Below, in pieces: positions 17,371-25,641 of a stretch of 64,000 nt of DNA. The stretch is taken from assembly GCA_027297435.1 (NCBI GenBank), contig JAPUIA010000158.1, positions 13,427 through 77,426 of the forward strand, given 5' to 3'. Numbering within the stretch: position 1 is the first letter of the stretch; every line of letters begins with the position of its first letter. The notes under the pieces are model-generated. The model did no database searches. It saw only the letters and a program-made list of their open reading frames with translations, and was not told where the DNA came from. Made by a program: the position numbers and the translations under genes. Source of the DNA: Gammaproteobacteria bacterium (GTDB taxonomy: Bacteria > Pseudomonadota > Gammaproteobacteria > Pseudomonadales > Azotimanducaceae).

Positions 17371-19218
17371 CTAGTCATGGACGATCGGCGTTACCCTAAG
17401 CACTTCTGCGATCGTGGTGTGACCCGCGCCGACCTTCTGGGCGCCGGACAACCGCAGGGTGCGCATACCCTCCTTGATCGCAGTCCGGCGTACGACATCG
17501 AGATCCGTGGCGGTGGTAATAAACGACTGGATGCGCGCCGAAAGCGGCAGCAATTCATAGATACCCATGCGACCGAGATAGCCGGTGTCGCGACACTCGA
17601 GACAACCGGCGGGCGCGTATACCTGTTTCGGTGGTTTTGCTTTGAACGGGCGCGTCAGCATTTGCCACGCCTCGAGGTCCACCGGTTCTTCGACTTTGCA
17701 ATGCGGACATAGGGTCCGCACCAGACGTTGTGCCATGATGCCGAGCACGGTCGCCTTGATCATGTAGTAAGGCACACCGAGGTCGAGCATGCGCGTGATA
17801 GCGGTGGGTGCATCGTTTGTGTGCAGCGTCGAGATTACCAGATGGCCGGTGAGTGCGGCTTGAATTGCCATCTCTGCGGTTTCCATATCGCGGATCTCGC
17901 CAATCATGATGATGTCCGGGTCTTGTCGCAGCAGGGCGCGCACACCGGAAGAGAAACTGACCTCGATGTTGTGTTGAACTTGCATCTGGTTGAAAGAAGG
18001 TTCGACCATTTCGATCGGGTCTTCGATCGTGCAGACGTTGACCTCGTCCGTGGATAGCTGTTTGAGAGTCGAATAGAGGGTGGTGGTCTTGCCGGAGCCC
18101 GTTGGTCCGGTGACGAGTACGATACCGTTGGGCGAGCTGGTCATTTCCTGCCAGCGTTGGTATTCCTGTCCACCCAAGCCCAATTGTTGAAAGCTTCTGA
18201 GCAATACGTCCGGGTCAAAGATACGCATGACCATCTTCTCGCCGAATGCGGTCGGCAGAGTCGATAACCGCAGCTCGATTTCCTGGCCGTCGGGGCTGAC
18301 CGTCTTGACGCGGCCATCCTGTGGGCGGCGTTTCTCGGCGACGTCCATACGGCCGAGAATTTTCAGACGGCTGGTCACCGCGGCGTTCACTGCCGACGGT
18401 AGCTCGTAGACGTGATGCAAGATGCCATCGATGCGGAACCGTATGAGGCCCTTGTCGCGACGCGGTTCGATGTGAATATCGCTGGCGCGCTGCTCGAAGG
18501 CGTAGTTCAGTAGCCAGTCGACGATGCTGACCACGTGGGCATCATTGGCTTCTGGCGATGTGAGTTCGCCGAGTTCGAGCATCTGCTCGAAGTTGGTGAT
18601 CGGTGAAAACTCCAGCCCCTCGCTCTCAGCCTTGGCCACAGAACGCGCCATGACGTAGAACTCGAGCATGTACTTGGTGATGTCCGCCGGATTGCTGACC
18701 ACACGTTTGATGCTGCGTCCTCGCAACGTCTGGGTGAGCATGCTCTCCCACTGATACAGGTAAGGCTGGGCGCTGGTGATCAAGACTTCTTCTTCGGTCA
18801 CCGCGAGGGCGAGAATGTTGTGGCGTTGCGCGAAGCCGTAGCTCATGACCTCAGTAACGGCGTTGACGTTGATCGTCAACGGGTCGATACGCAGGTACTC
18901 GTTGCCGCTCTTATGGCAGAGCCACTGGGTCAAGGTTTCCAGATCCAGTACGTGGTCAGGGTCGTTGCGGTTGTCGTACTCCCGCGCTGCGACGATCTCT
19001 AGCGGATGTTGGTTCAGTTCCTTCTTGGTGCGCGGTGCGATGAGGATGTCTTCGGCTTGGCGCTGGCCGATGAAGCCTTCCTTGACCAAATCGTCGAGAA
19101 CGGCGGGCAGATCCAGGCGCCGTTCCTCGCGAAGTTCGTCAGTTTCAGGTTGCTCGCTAGTGAGCGGTGTGGCCACGCTATTCATCCGTTCAAGCCAGAC
19201 TGATGCAGTTAAAGCCAC
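17371..19218 (-). CDS. GspE/PilB-family secretion ATPase (orphan)
   Basis: Walker A GPTGSGKTTT, Asp/Walker B DPDIIMIGEIRD, His box LTGHLVISTLHTNDA, tetracysteine CPHC...CLEC. N-terminal T2SSE_N-like region (LDDLVKEGFIGQRQAEDIL). Alternative start ATG 19185. Confidence 0.85.
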   Translation of the reverse strand: MALTASVWLERMNSVATPLTSEQPETDELREERRLDLPAVLDDLVKEGFIGQRQAEDILIAPRTKKELNQHPLEIVAAREYDNRNDPDHVLDLETLTQWLCHKSGNEYLRIDPLTINVNAVTEVMSYGFAQRHNILALAVTEEEVLITSAQPYLYQWESMLTQTLRGRSIKRVVSNPADITKYMLEFYVMARSVAKAESEGLEFSPITNFEQMLELGELTSPEANDAHVVSIVDWLLNYAFEQRASDIHIEPRRDKGLIRFRIDGILHHVYELPSAVNAAVTSRLKILGRMDVAEKRRPQDGRVKTVSPDGQEIELRLSTLPTAFGEKMVMRIFDPDVLLRSFQQLGLGGQEYQRWQEMTSSPNGIVLVTGPTGSGKTTTLYSTLKQLSTDEVNVCTIEDPIEMVEPSFNQMQVQHNIEVSFSSGVRALLRQDPDIIMIGEIRDMETAEMAIQAALTGHLVISTLHTNDAPTAITRMLDLGVPYYMIKATVLGIMAQRLVRTLCPHCKVEEPVDLEAWQMLTRPFKAKPPKQVYAPAGCLECRDTGYLGRMGIYELLPLSARIQSFITTATDLDVVRRTAIKEGMRTLRLSGAQKVGAGHTTIAEVLRVTPIVHD

Positions 19219-19629
19219 CGGTGGTGCTTTTGCAACAGCTGTAAATCACTGACTTTGTTGGAGTTTGACCGTTGTCACAGTCTGTGGAGGACGATGTCGT
19301 TTCAAGCGCTGCGAAAGGTTGATTGACAGGAAAATCGACGTCGCCGAACGGCCCATGAGCTCGACCCGAAGCGCGGGGTCGGCGGTATCGTCGGTATGGA
19401 ATTTATGGTGCAATACCTCGTTTCGCCTGGGCCTGCGAGCATCCAAGCCTGGCTGGTCACACGGACGATGTCCGCACCGTAGACGTGGCGGGCAGCGTAA
19501 GGTGTTGGACTCGACCGACACGGTGCGTTTCTGAAGAACGACTTTCCGGCCGTCGAGATGTACAGCGGATGGGGGTGCGGCTCCGCGCTCTGGTGAGACC
19601 CGGGGCTCGCATCGTCAGCAAACAGGACA

Positions 19630-20571
19630 ATGATCGAAGATATGGCTGAACCGAATTTTGCAGATCGCGATGGATTCATCTGGCAGAACGGGGAGCTGAA
19701 GCCCTGGCGGGATGCCACCGTTCACGTGCTGACGCACACGTTGCACTATGGGTTGGGTGTGTTCGAAGGGGTGCGTGCCTACGACACACCGAAGGGTCCG
19801 TGTATCTTTCGACTCGTTGATCACACTGACCGGTTGTTCAACTCGGCACACATTCTCGGAATCACCATTCCTTACAGCAGAAACGAGGTCAACGAAGCGC
19901 AAAGGGATACCTTACGCGCAAACGAACTCACCGAGGGATACCTGCGTCCGATGGTGTATCTCGGTTCGGAAGCCATGGGTCTCAGGGCCAAGGGACTGAC
20001 GGTCAACCTGACTATAGCTACGTGGCCGTGGCCGGACTATATGAATCCGGAAGCTCGCGAGAAGGGCATCGCGGTGAAAACGTCGTCCTACACTCGACAC
20101 CATGTCAACATCACGATGTGCAAGGCGAAAGCGAACGGCAACTACATCAACTCGATCCTTGCATTACACGAAGCGCTCGACAGCGGATGTGACGAGGCGC
20201 TACTGCTCGACAACGAAGGTTATGTTGCAGAGGGTAGCGGCGAAAATATCTTCATCGTCCGCAATGGTGTGCTGCATACGCCTGAACTGACGAGCTGTCT
20301 CGATGGCATCACCCGCAACACGGTGCTGCATCTCGCCGATGAACTTGGCATGGACATACGGGAGCGGCGCATCACGCGCGATGAAGTGTACATTTGTGAT
20401 GAAGCCTTCTTTACAGGCACCGCAGCGGAAGTGCTGCCAATCCGTGAGCTCGACCGACGGATGATCGGAGACGGTAAGCGCGGACCGGTGACGGAGCGGA
20501 TCCAGAGCGCTTACTTCGATCAAGTGCGCGGCCGGCGCAATGCCTTTCCTGAGTGGCTGTCGCCGGTTTAG
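19630..20571 (+). CDS. ilvE: branched-chain amino acid aminotransferase
   Basis: Class IV aminotransferase motifs GLGVFEGVRAY, KAKANGNYINSILA and EGSGENIF. Alternative ATG 19642. Confidence 0.93.
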   Translation: MIEDMAEPNFADRDGFIWQNGELKPWRDATVHVLTHTLHYGLGVFEGVRAYDTPKGPCIFRLVDHTDRLFNSAHILGITIPYSRNEVNEAQRDTLRANELTEGYLRPMVYLGSEAMGLRAKGLTVNLTIATWPWPDYMNPEAREKGIAVKTSSYTRHHVNITMCKAKANGNYINSILALHEALDSGCDEALLLDNEGYVAEGSGENIFIVRNGVLHTPELTSCLDGITRNTVLHLADELGMDIRERRITRDEVYICDEAFFTGTAAEVLPIRELDRRMIGDGKRGPVTERIQSAYFDQVRGRRNAFPEWLSPV

Positions 20572-20591
20572 GCACGCACACACGGGATGCC

Positions 20592-21581
20592 ATGAAGGTT
20601 CTGATCGTAGCGCCGGCTTGGGTCGGCGATATGGTAATGGCGCACACGCTAGTGCAGGTTTTACATGCAGACGGCAACCCCACGATCGAAATGCTCGCCC
20701 CGCCTGCGACCGCGCCACTTGCCGAAAGGATGCCCGGCGTGGCAGGAGCCAAGGTGTTGGATGTGCGTCACGGCGAGTGGGGTCTTGGCAAACGCAGGTC
20801 CATGGCGCTGGACCTTCGAGGCGGTGCTTTCGATGTGGCATATGTGTTGCCGAACAGTTTCAAGTCAGCGCTCGTGCCGTATTGGGCACGCATCCCGCAG
20901 CGCATCGGTTGGCATGGTGAAGGACGTTTTGGGGTGTTGAACGAGCGACGGCACCTCGATCGGGAACGTTATCCGTTGATGATTGAACGGTTCATGGCTT
21001 TGGGCCGCAGCGCCGGTGCCGCGATCGTCAAGCCTTATCCGCAACCAAGATTGACCGTCGATGAGGACAGTCGTCGCGCGGTCGTCGAACGGCTGGCGCT
21101 CGATCTCGAAAGACCGGTGACGGTGCTTTGCCCCGGTGCTGAGTACGGTGGGGCAAAACGCTGGCCGGAGCGGCACTTTGCTGCCGTAGCCAATCATGCG
21201 GCAGCCGCTGGTCATGCGGTGTGGCTCATCGGTTCGCCGAATGACGAACCGGTGTGCGCCACCATCGAAGCTCTGGCCTCCGCAGCCATCAATCTTGCGG
21301 GTCAAACCAGCCTGCTGGACGCGGTGGATTTACTGTCGCTTGCCAAGCAGGTCGTTACCAACGACTCGGGGCTCATGCACGTTGCCGGTGCGCTGGATCG
21401 GCCGGTAGTGGCACTGTACGGATCCACGACACCGGCGTTCACACCGCCGCTTGGGGAAGCGGCGATCGTTTTGCATGAAGATCTCGACTGCCGGCCTTGT
21501 TTTCAACGGGAGTGTCCTTTGGGACATCACGATTGCCTCAATCGGCTGGATCCCGGCCGCGTGATCGAGGTGCTGAATTGA
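20592..21581 (+). CDS. waaF: ADP-heptose:LPS heptosyltransferase II
   Basis: ATG 20592 (MKVLIVAPAWVGDMVMA). GT9 motifs PGAEYGGAKRWP and NDSGLMHVAGAL. Sits immediately upstream of waaC. Confidence 0.85.
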   Translation: MKVLIVAPAWVGDMVMAHTLVQVLHADGNPTIEMLAPPATAPLAERMPGVAGAKVLDVRHGEWGLGKRRSMALDLRGGAFDVAYVLPNSFKSALVPYWARIPQRIGWHGEGRFGVLNERRHLDRERYPLMIERFMALGRSAGAAIVKPYPQPRLTVDEDSRRAVVERLALDLERPVTVLCPGAEYGGAKRWPERHFAAVANHAAAAGHAVWLIGSPNDEPVCATIEALASAAINLAGQTSLLDAVDLLSLAKQVVTNDSGLMHVAGALDRPVVALYGSTTPAFTPPLGEAAIVLHEDLDCRPCFQRECPLGHHDCLNRLDPGRVIEVLN

Positions 21582-22603
21582 AGGCGTTGCTGATCAAAAT
21601 GTCGTCCATGGGTGATGTGGTCCACGCCTTACCGGCGGTCACCGATGCCGCTCAGGCAGGGGTTCGCTTCGACTGGGTGGTCGAGGAAGCGTTTGCCGCC
21701 ATACCCCGACTACATGCGGATGTCGAGCGGGTGGTAACCATTGGCTGGCGTCGCTGGCGGCGCGATCTGTGGAGCTCGCGCCGCGAGTTGAAGCATTTTT
21801 TTCGGAACCTCAGGGCTACCGAGTACGACCTGGTGCTGGATGCTCAGGGGTTGTTGAAGAGCGCCGTGGTGTTGGCCTCATCACGTGGGCTGGACAAGGT
21901 CGGCTTCGATCGGCCGCGGGAACCGCTGGCCGCGAGCTGGTACCGTCGTCGGATAGATGTACCGACGGATCAGCATGCCGTCGACCGGCAGCGACAGTTG
22001 TTCGCGAATGCCTTTGGCTACGAACTGCCGCAATCGTTACCGAGGTTTGGCTTGGCGTCCAACGCCGAGCCAGGCAGCCGTTGCCTGTTGCTGCATGGCA
22101 CCACTTGGGCGAGCAAACAGTGGCCTGAGGCGATGTGGAGTGATCTTGCGCAAAAGGCTCACGAAGCTGGTATGCAGGTCGTGCTGCCTTGGGGCGATTC
22201 GGAGGAGCGGCAGCGGGCGGAACGCATTGCCGAGGCGGGTAGCGCTCAAGTGTTGGACGCCTTGTCGATAGAGCGGTTGATCGATGAACTCAAGAAAGCC
22301 CGTCTGGTCATAGGCGTCGATTCCGGGCTTACCCACCTGGCCGGTGCATTGGGGGTTGCTACCGTCACGATCTATGGGAGTACCGACAATCGATTGACGG
22401 GATGCCGCGGCGAGTCGGTGCTAAATCTGCAAGCGGAGTTTCCCTGCGCGCCCTGCCTATCGCGTGTTTGTCGGTACCAAGGTGAAGTGCAGAACTGGCG
22501 AGACCGGCCGGTGGCCCCGGCTTGCTACAGTCGATTGCACCCCGAGACGGTTTGGAATTCTGCGATGGAACTGTTGGATGCGCGTCGCGTTTTGCATATT
22601 TAA
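21578..22603 (+). CDS. waaC: ADP-heptose:LPS heptosyltransferase I
   Basis: TTG 21578 overlaps the waaF stop (TTGA). LKALLIKMSSMGDVVHALP, HGTTWASKQWP and GVDSGLTHLAGALG are GT9 motifs. Confidence 0.85.
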   Translation: MKALLIKMSSMGDVVHALPAVTDAAQAGVRFDWVVEEAFAAIPRLHADVERVVTIGWRRWRRDLWSSRRELKHFFRNLRATEYDLVLDAQGLLKSAVVLASSRGLDKVGFDRPREPLAASWYRRRIDVPTDQHAVDRQRQLFANAFGYELPQSLPRFGLASNAEPGSRCLLLHGTTWASKQWPEAMWSDLAQKAHEAGMQVVLPWGDSEERQRAERIAEAGSAQVLDALSIERLIDELKKARLVIGVDSGLTHLAGALGVATVTIYGSTDNRLTGCRGESVLNLQAEFPCAPCLSRVCRYQGEVQNWRDRPVAPACYSRLHPETVWNSAMELLDARRVLHI

Positions 22604-24824
22604 GTACTTCCCGTTCGGCGGTATCCAACGGGACATGATGAAGATGGTGCGCGAATGCGTAGCGCGTGGTCATACTGTGCGCGTCTATGCCATTCGCTGG
22701 AATGCTGATCCACCCGTTGACGCGGAACTGTGTCTTGCTGGGGTTACCGCGTTCACCAATCATCGTCTGTATGAGCGATTTGCCGACTGGGTTCGAAGCG
22801 ACTTGAGAACTCGACCGGTGGACCTGGTCGTTGGCATGAACAAAATGCCGGGTCTCGATGTTTATTATGCGGGCGACTCCTGCTACCAAGAAAAAGCCCG
22901 CAGCCAACGCAGTTTCTGGTACCGGCTGCTGCCCCGCTATCGATCTTTTCTCGCCGCCGAGCGGGCCGTATTTGATCCGGGCAGCCCGACCGAGATTCTC
23001 GCCATATCCGATGTCCAAACTCCGCTATTTCGACGCTACTACGGGACCCCCCGCGAGCGTTTTCATCCGCTGCCGCCGGGGATTGACCGTGATCGCATCG
23101 CACCGGACGACAAAGATCTGCTGCGTGATTCGTTTCGGACGGAACTGGGTATCGGCGATGACGAGCACCTCCTGTTGTTCGTCGGTTCCGGGTTCATAAA
23201 AAAGGGTCTGGACCGGGCGTTGCGTGCACTACAAGCGATGCCGCCGAAGCTGTATCAGCGCACTTGGCTATACGTACTCGGTGAAGACAACGCCGAACCG
23301 TTCCGCCGCATGGCGAAACGCCTTGGCGTGTACGCGCGCGTGCGATTTCTCGGCGGGCGTTCCGATCTGCCAGCCTTTCTGTTTGCGGGTGATGGCTTGT
23401 TGCTGCCGGCCTATGATGAAAACGCCGGTATGGCAATCTTGGAAGCGATGATTGCCGGGTTGCCTGCACTGGTAACCAAAAACTGCGGTTATGCACACTA
23501 TCTGGAAACCGCCGAAGCCGGGCTGATCACTCAAGCACCTTTCGATCAAACGGTGTTCGATCGACAGGTCGTCGAACTGTTGACATCTAGCGACCGCGCG
23601 CAATGGACGCGTAACGGGCGGGCCATTGCGGCGGACGACACGATTTACCAACTGGTACCGACGGCGGTGGACCTGTTCGAAGCAATCGTCGGTCGGCGGC
23701 CACTGATTGCCTTCAGCTTGTTCAAGTACTTTCCTTACGGTGGGTTGCAGCGAGATTTCATGAAGGTGGCCGAGGAGTGCTTGAAGCGCGCGTATCGCGT
23801 GCGGGTCTACGCCTTGTCGTGGCAGGGACCGGTTCCGGAAGGGTTGGACGTCGTGATCGTACCGGTGCGGGAGTTGACCAACCATCGAACGTATCAATCG
23901 TTTGCCCGGTGGGTGCAAAACGACTTGAGTACTCGAAGGGTAGCGGCGGTTGTTGGATTCAACAAAATGCCCGGGCTAGACGTGTACTATGCGGCGGATT
24001 CTTGCTACGAAGAAAAAGCCCAAACTCTAAGGGCATCCCTGTACCGTCGCACCTCGCGCTACCGGTTGTTCTCGGCGTTTGAGCGGGCGGTATTCGATTG
24101 TGCTGCGGATACCACCGTATTGCTCATTACCGAACAGCAGAAACAACAGTTTCAACGACACTATCAGACGCCGAATGCAAGATTCAGGCGCTTGCCGCCT
24201 GGCTTGGGTGCGGATCGTAGGCGTCCGCCGGATGCCGCGGCGCTGAGAGCGTCGTTGCGCAACGATTTCGAGTTGCAAGACGATCAGTACCTGCTATTGC
24301 TCATTGGTTCTGGGTTCATTACCAAGGGACTCGACCGCGCGTTGCTGGCGCTTGCCGCATTGCCGTCGACGATGGGTGAACGCACACGATTGTGCGTTAT
24401 CGGCCAGGACAACCCAAAGCAGTTCTTGCGCCTTGCCAAAGAGCTTGGGGTAGCCGATCGGTTGACCTGGTTTGCCGGCCGTGATGACGTGCCACGCTTT
24501 CTGCAAGGTGCGGATTTGTTGATCCATCCTGCCTATATGGAGAGCGGCGGCATCGTCCTGCTCGAGGCGGTGATAGCCGGTTTGCCGGTGGTTGCGACGG
24601 ACGTGTGCGGTTTTGCACCCTACATCCTGGACGCCGGTGCGGGTGTCGTGATCGAGTCGCCCTTCTGTCAAGACGCGCTCAACGCAGCCGTGCGCACAGG
24701 GTTGCAGGACCGAGATCTGCGCGCGCGCTGGGCGGCGAACGGCATCGCCTACGGAGAACGTGAAGCGTTGTTCGAAATGCCAGCAAGAGCCGTCGACTTC
24801 ATAGAGGAACGGCTTAGTGCGTGA
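22578..24824 (+). CDS. waaG: tandem-fused double WaaG-type (GT4) LPS core glycosyltransferase
   Basis: ATG 22578 lies 26 nt inside the waaC 3' end. Contains two ~374-aa WaaG-like modules, each with the FKYFP(F/Y)GG(I/L)QRD N-terminus, NKMPGLDVYYA.DSCY, GSGFI.KGLDRAL and an EX7E motif. No stop at the junction near 23700. Confidence 0.8.
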   Translation: MRVAFCIFKYFPFGGIQRDMMKMVRECVARGHTVRVYAIRWNADPPVDAELCLAGVTAFTNHRLYERFADWVRSDLRTRPVDLVVGMNKMPGLDVYYAGDSCYQEKARSQRSFWYRLLPRYRSFLAAERAVFDPGSPTEILAISDVQTPLFRRYYGTPRERFHPLPPGIDRDRIAPDDKDLLRDSFRTELGIGDDEHLLLFVGSGFIKKGLDRALRALQAMPPKLYQRTWLYVLGEDNAEPFRRMAKRLGVYARVRFLGGRSDLPAFLFAGDGLLLPAYDENAGMAILEAMIAGLPALVTKNCGYAHYLETAEAGLITQAPFDQTVFDRQVVELLTSSDRAQWTRNGRAIAADDTIYQLVPTAVDLFEAIVGRRPLIAFSLFKYFPYGGLQRDFMKVAEECLKRAYRVRVYALSWQGPVPEGLDVVIVPVRELTNHRTYQSFARWVQNDLSTRRVAAVVGFNKMPGLDVYYAADSCYEEKAQTLRASLYRRTSRYRLFSAFERAVFDCAADTTVLLITEQQKQQFQRHYQTPNARFRRLPPGLGADRRRPPDAAALRASLRNDFELQDDQYLLLLIGSGFITKGLDRALLALAALPSTMGERTRLCVIGQDNPKQFLRLAKELGVADRLTWFAGRDDVPRFLQGADLLIHPAYMESGGIVLLEAVIAGLPVVATDVCGFAPYILDAGAGVVIESPFCQDALNAAVRTGLQDRDLRARWAANGIAYGEREALFEMPARAVDFIEERLSA

Positions 24825-25641
24825 TGCCTATATACGGAAGGATCTACAAGACCGCTTGGCGCATCAGGGTGACTTGTTTGCCTGGGTAAACGCGTTGGAA
24901 GGCGACGTATACCGGGAAGTGGCTCGGCGCAGGACGCTGCGTGTCGTCGTCGATGGCCGAAGCTATTTTGCGAAACTGCATTTCGGTGTTGGCTGGGCAG
25001 AGATCGTCAAGAATTGGCTGACGCTGAAAAGCCCGGTGCTCGGTGCCGAGAACGAATATCGAGCCTGTTTGCACCTCGATCGCATGGGGATCAACGCTCC
25101 TAAAGTCGCGGCTTTTGCCATGGAGGAGGGTAGCCCTGCGACGCGACGCTCGTTTGTGCTTTGCGATGAGCTGGCCGGGTTCGAAAGTTTGCAAGACGTC
25201 ACCGATCGGTGGGAGTCGGCACCACCGAGTCCACGACAGCAACGCCAGTTGCTGATGGGCGTCGCGGCTTTCGTCAGACGGCTACACGCGGCGGGGGTCG
25301 TGCATCGAGATCTCTATATCTGTCACTTGTTGCTCGACCGTGACAAATGGCAGCGCGCGGATCTGAATCTTGCGATTCTGGATCTACACCGGGCAGAGGT
25401 GCACGCTCGAATGCCCACCGCCTGGCGGCGGCGAGATCTCGCCGCGCGTTTGTTCTCGGCACTCGACCTGAATCTACACCCGCGCGCCTGGCTGCGCTTC
25501 GTGCGCGTCTATACGGGTAGACCGCTGCGCGAAACGTTCACCCGTGATGCCGCGTTTTGGGGTTCGGTGTATCGACGCGCGAACAAGCTATACCAAAAAG
25601 GCTTGCGCAAGGGCCTGGTCAAGGGCCGCTATCGTCCGTGA
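24817..25641 (+). CDS. waaP: LPS core heptose(I) kinase
   Basis: GTG 24817 overlaps the upstream stop. SYFAKLHFGVGW, ENEYRA and the catalytic loop GVVHRDLYICHLLLD are typical of WaaP/RfaP. Confidence 0.85.
   Translation: MRDAYIRKDLQDRLAHQGDLFAWVNALEGDVYREVARRRTLRVVVDGRSYFAKLHFGVGWAEIVKNWLTLKSPVLGAENEYRACLHLDRMGINAPKVAAFAMEEGSPATRRSFVLCDELAGFESLQDVTDRWESAPPSPRQQRQLLMGVAAFVRRLHAAGVVHRDLYICHLLLDRDKWQRADLNLAILDLHRAEVHARMPTAWRRRDLAARLFSALDLNLHPRAWLRFVRVYTGRPLRETFTRDAAFWGSVYRRANKLYQKGLRKGLVKGRYRP

Noticed and set aside
18990-19185. c-di-GMP-binding MshEN motif in the N-terminus of the GspE-like ATPase.
   Set aside because: Only the hydrophobic and Gly core (L-V-x-x-G-F-I) matches. The R, G and Q residues of the published 24-residue motif are absent, so binding cannot be claimed from sequence.
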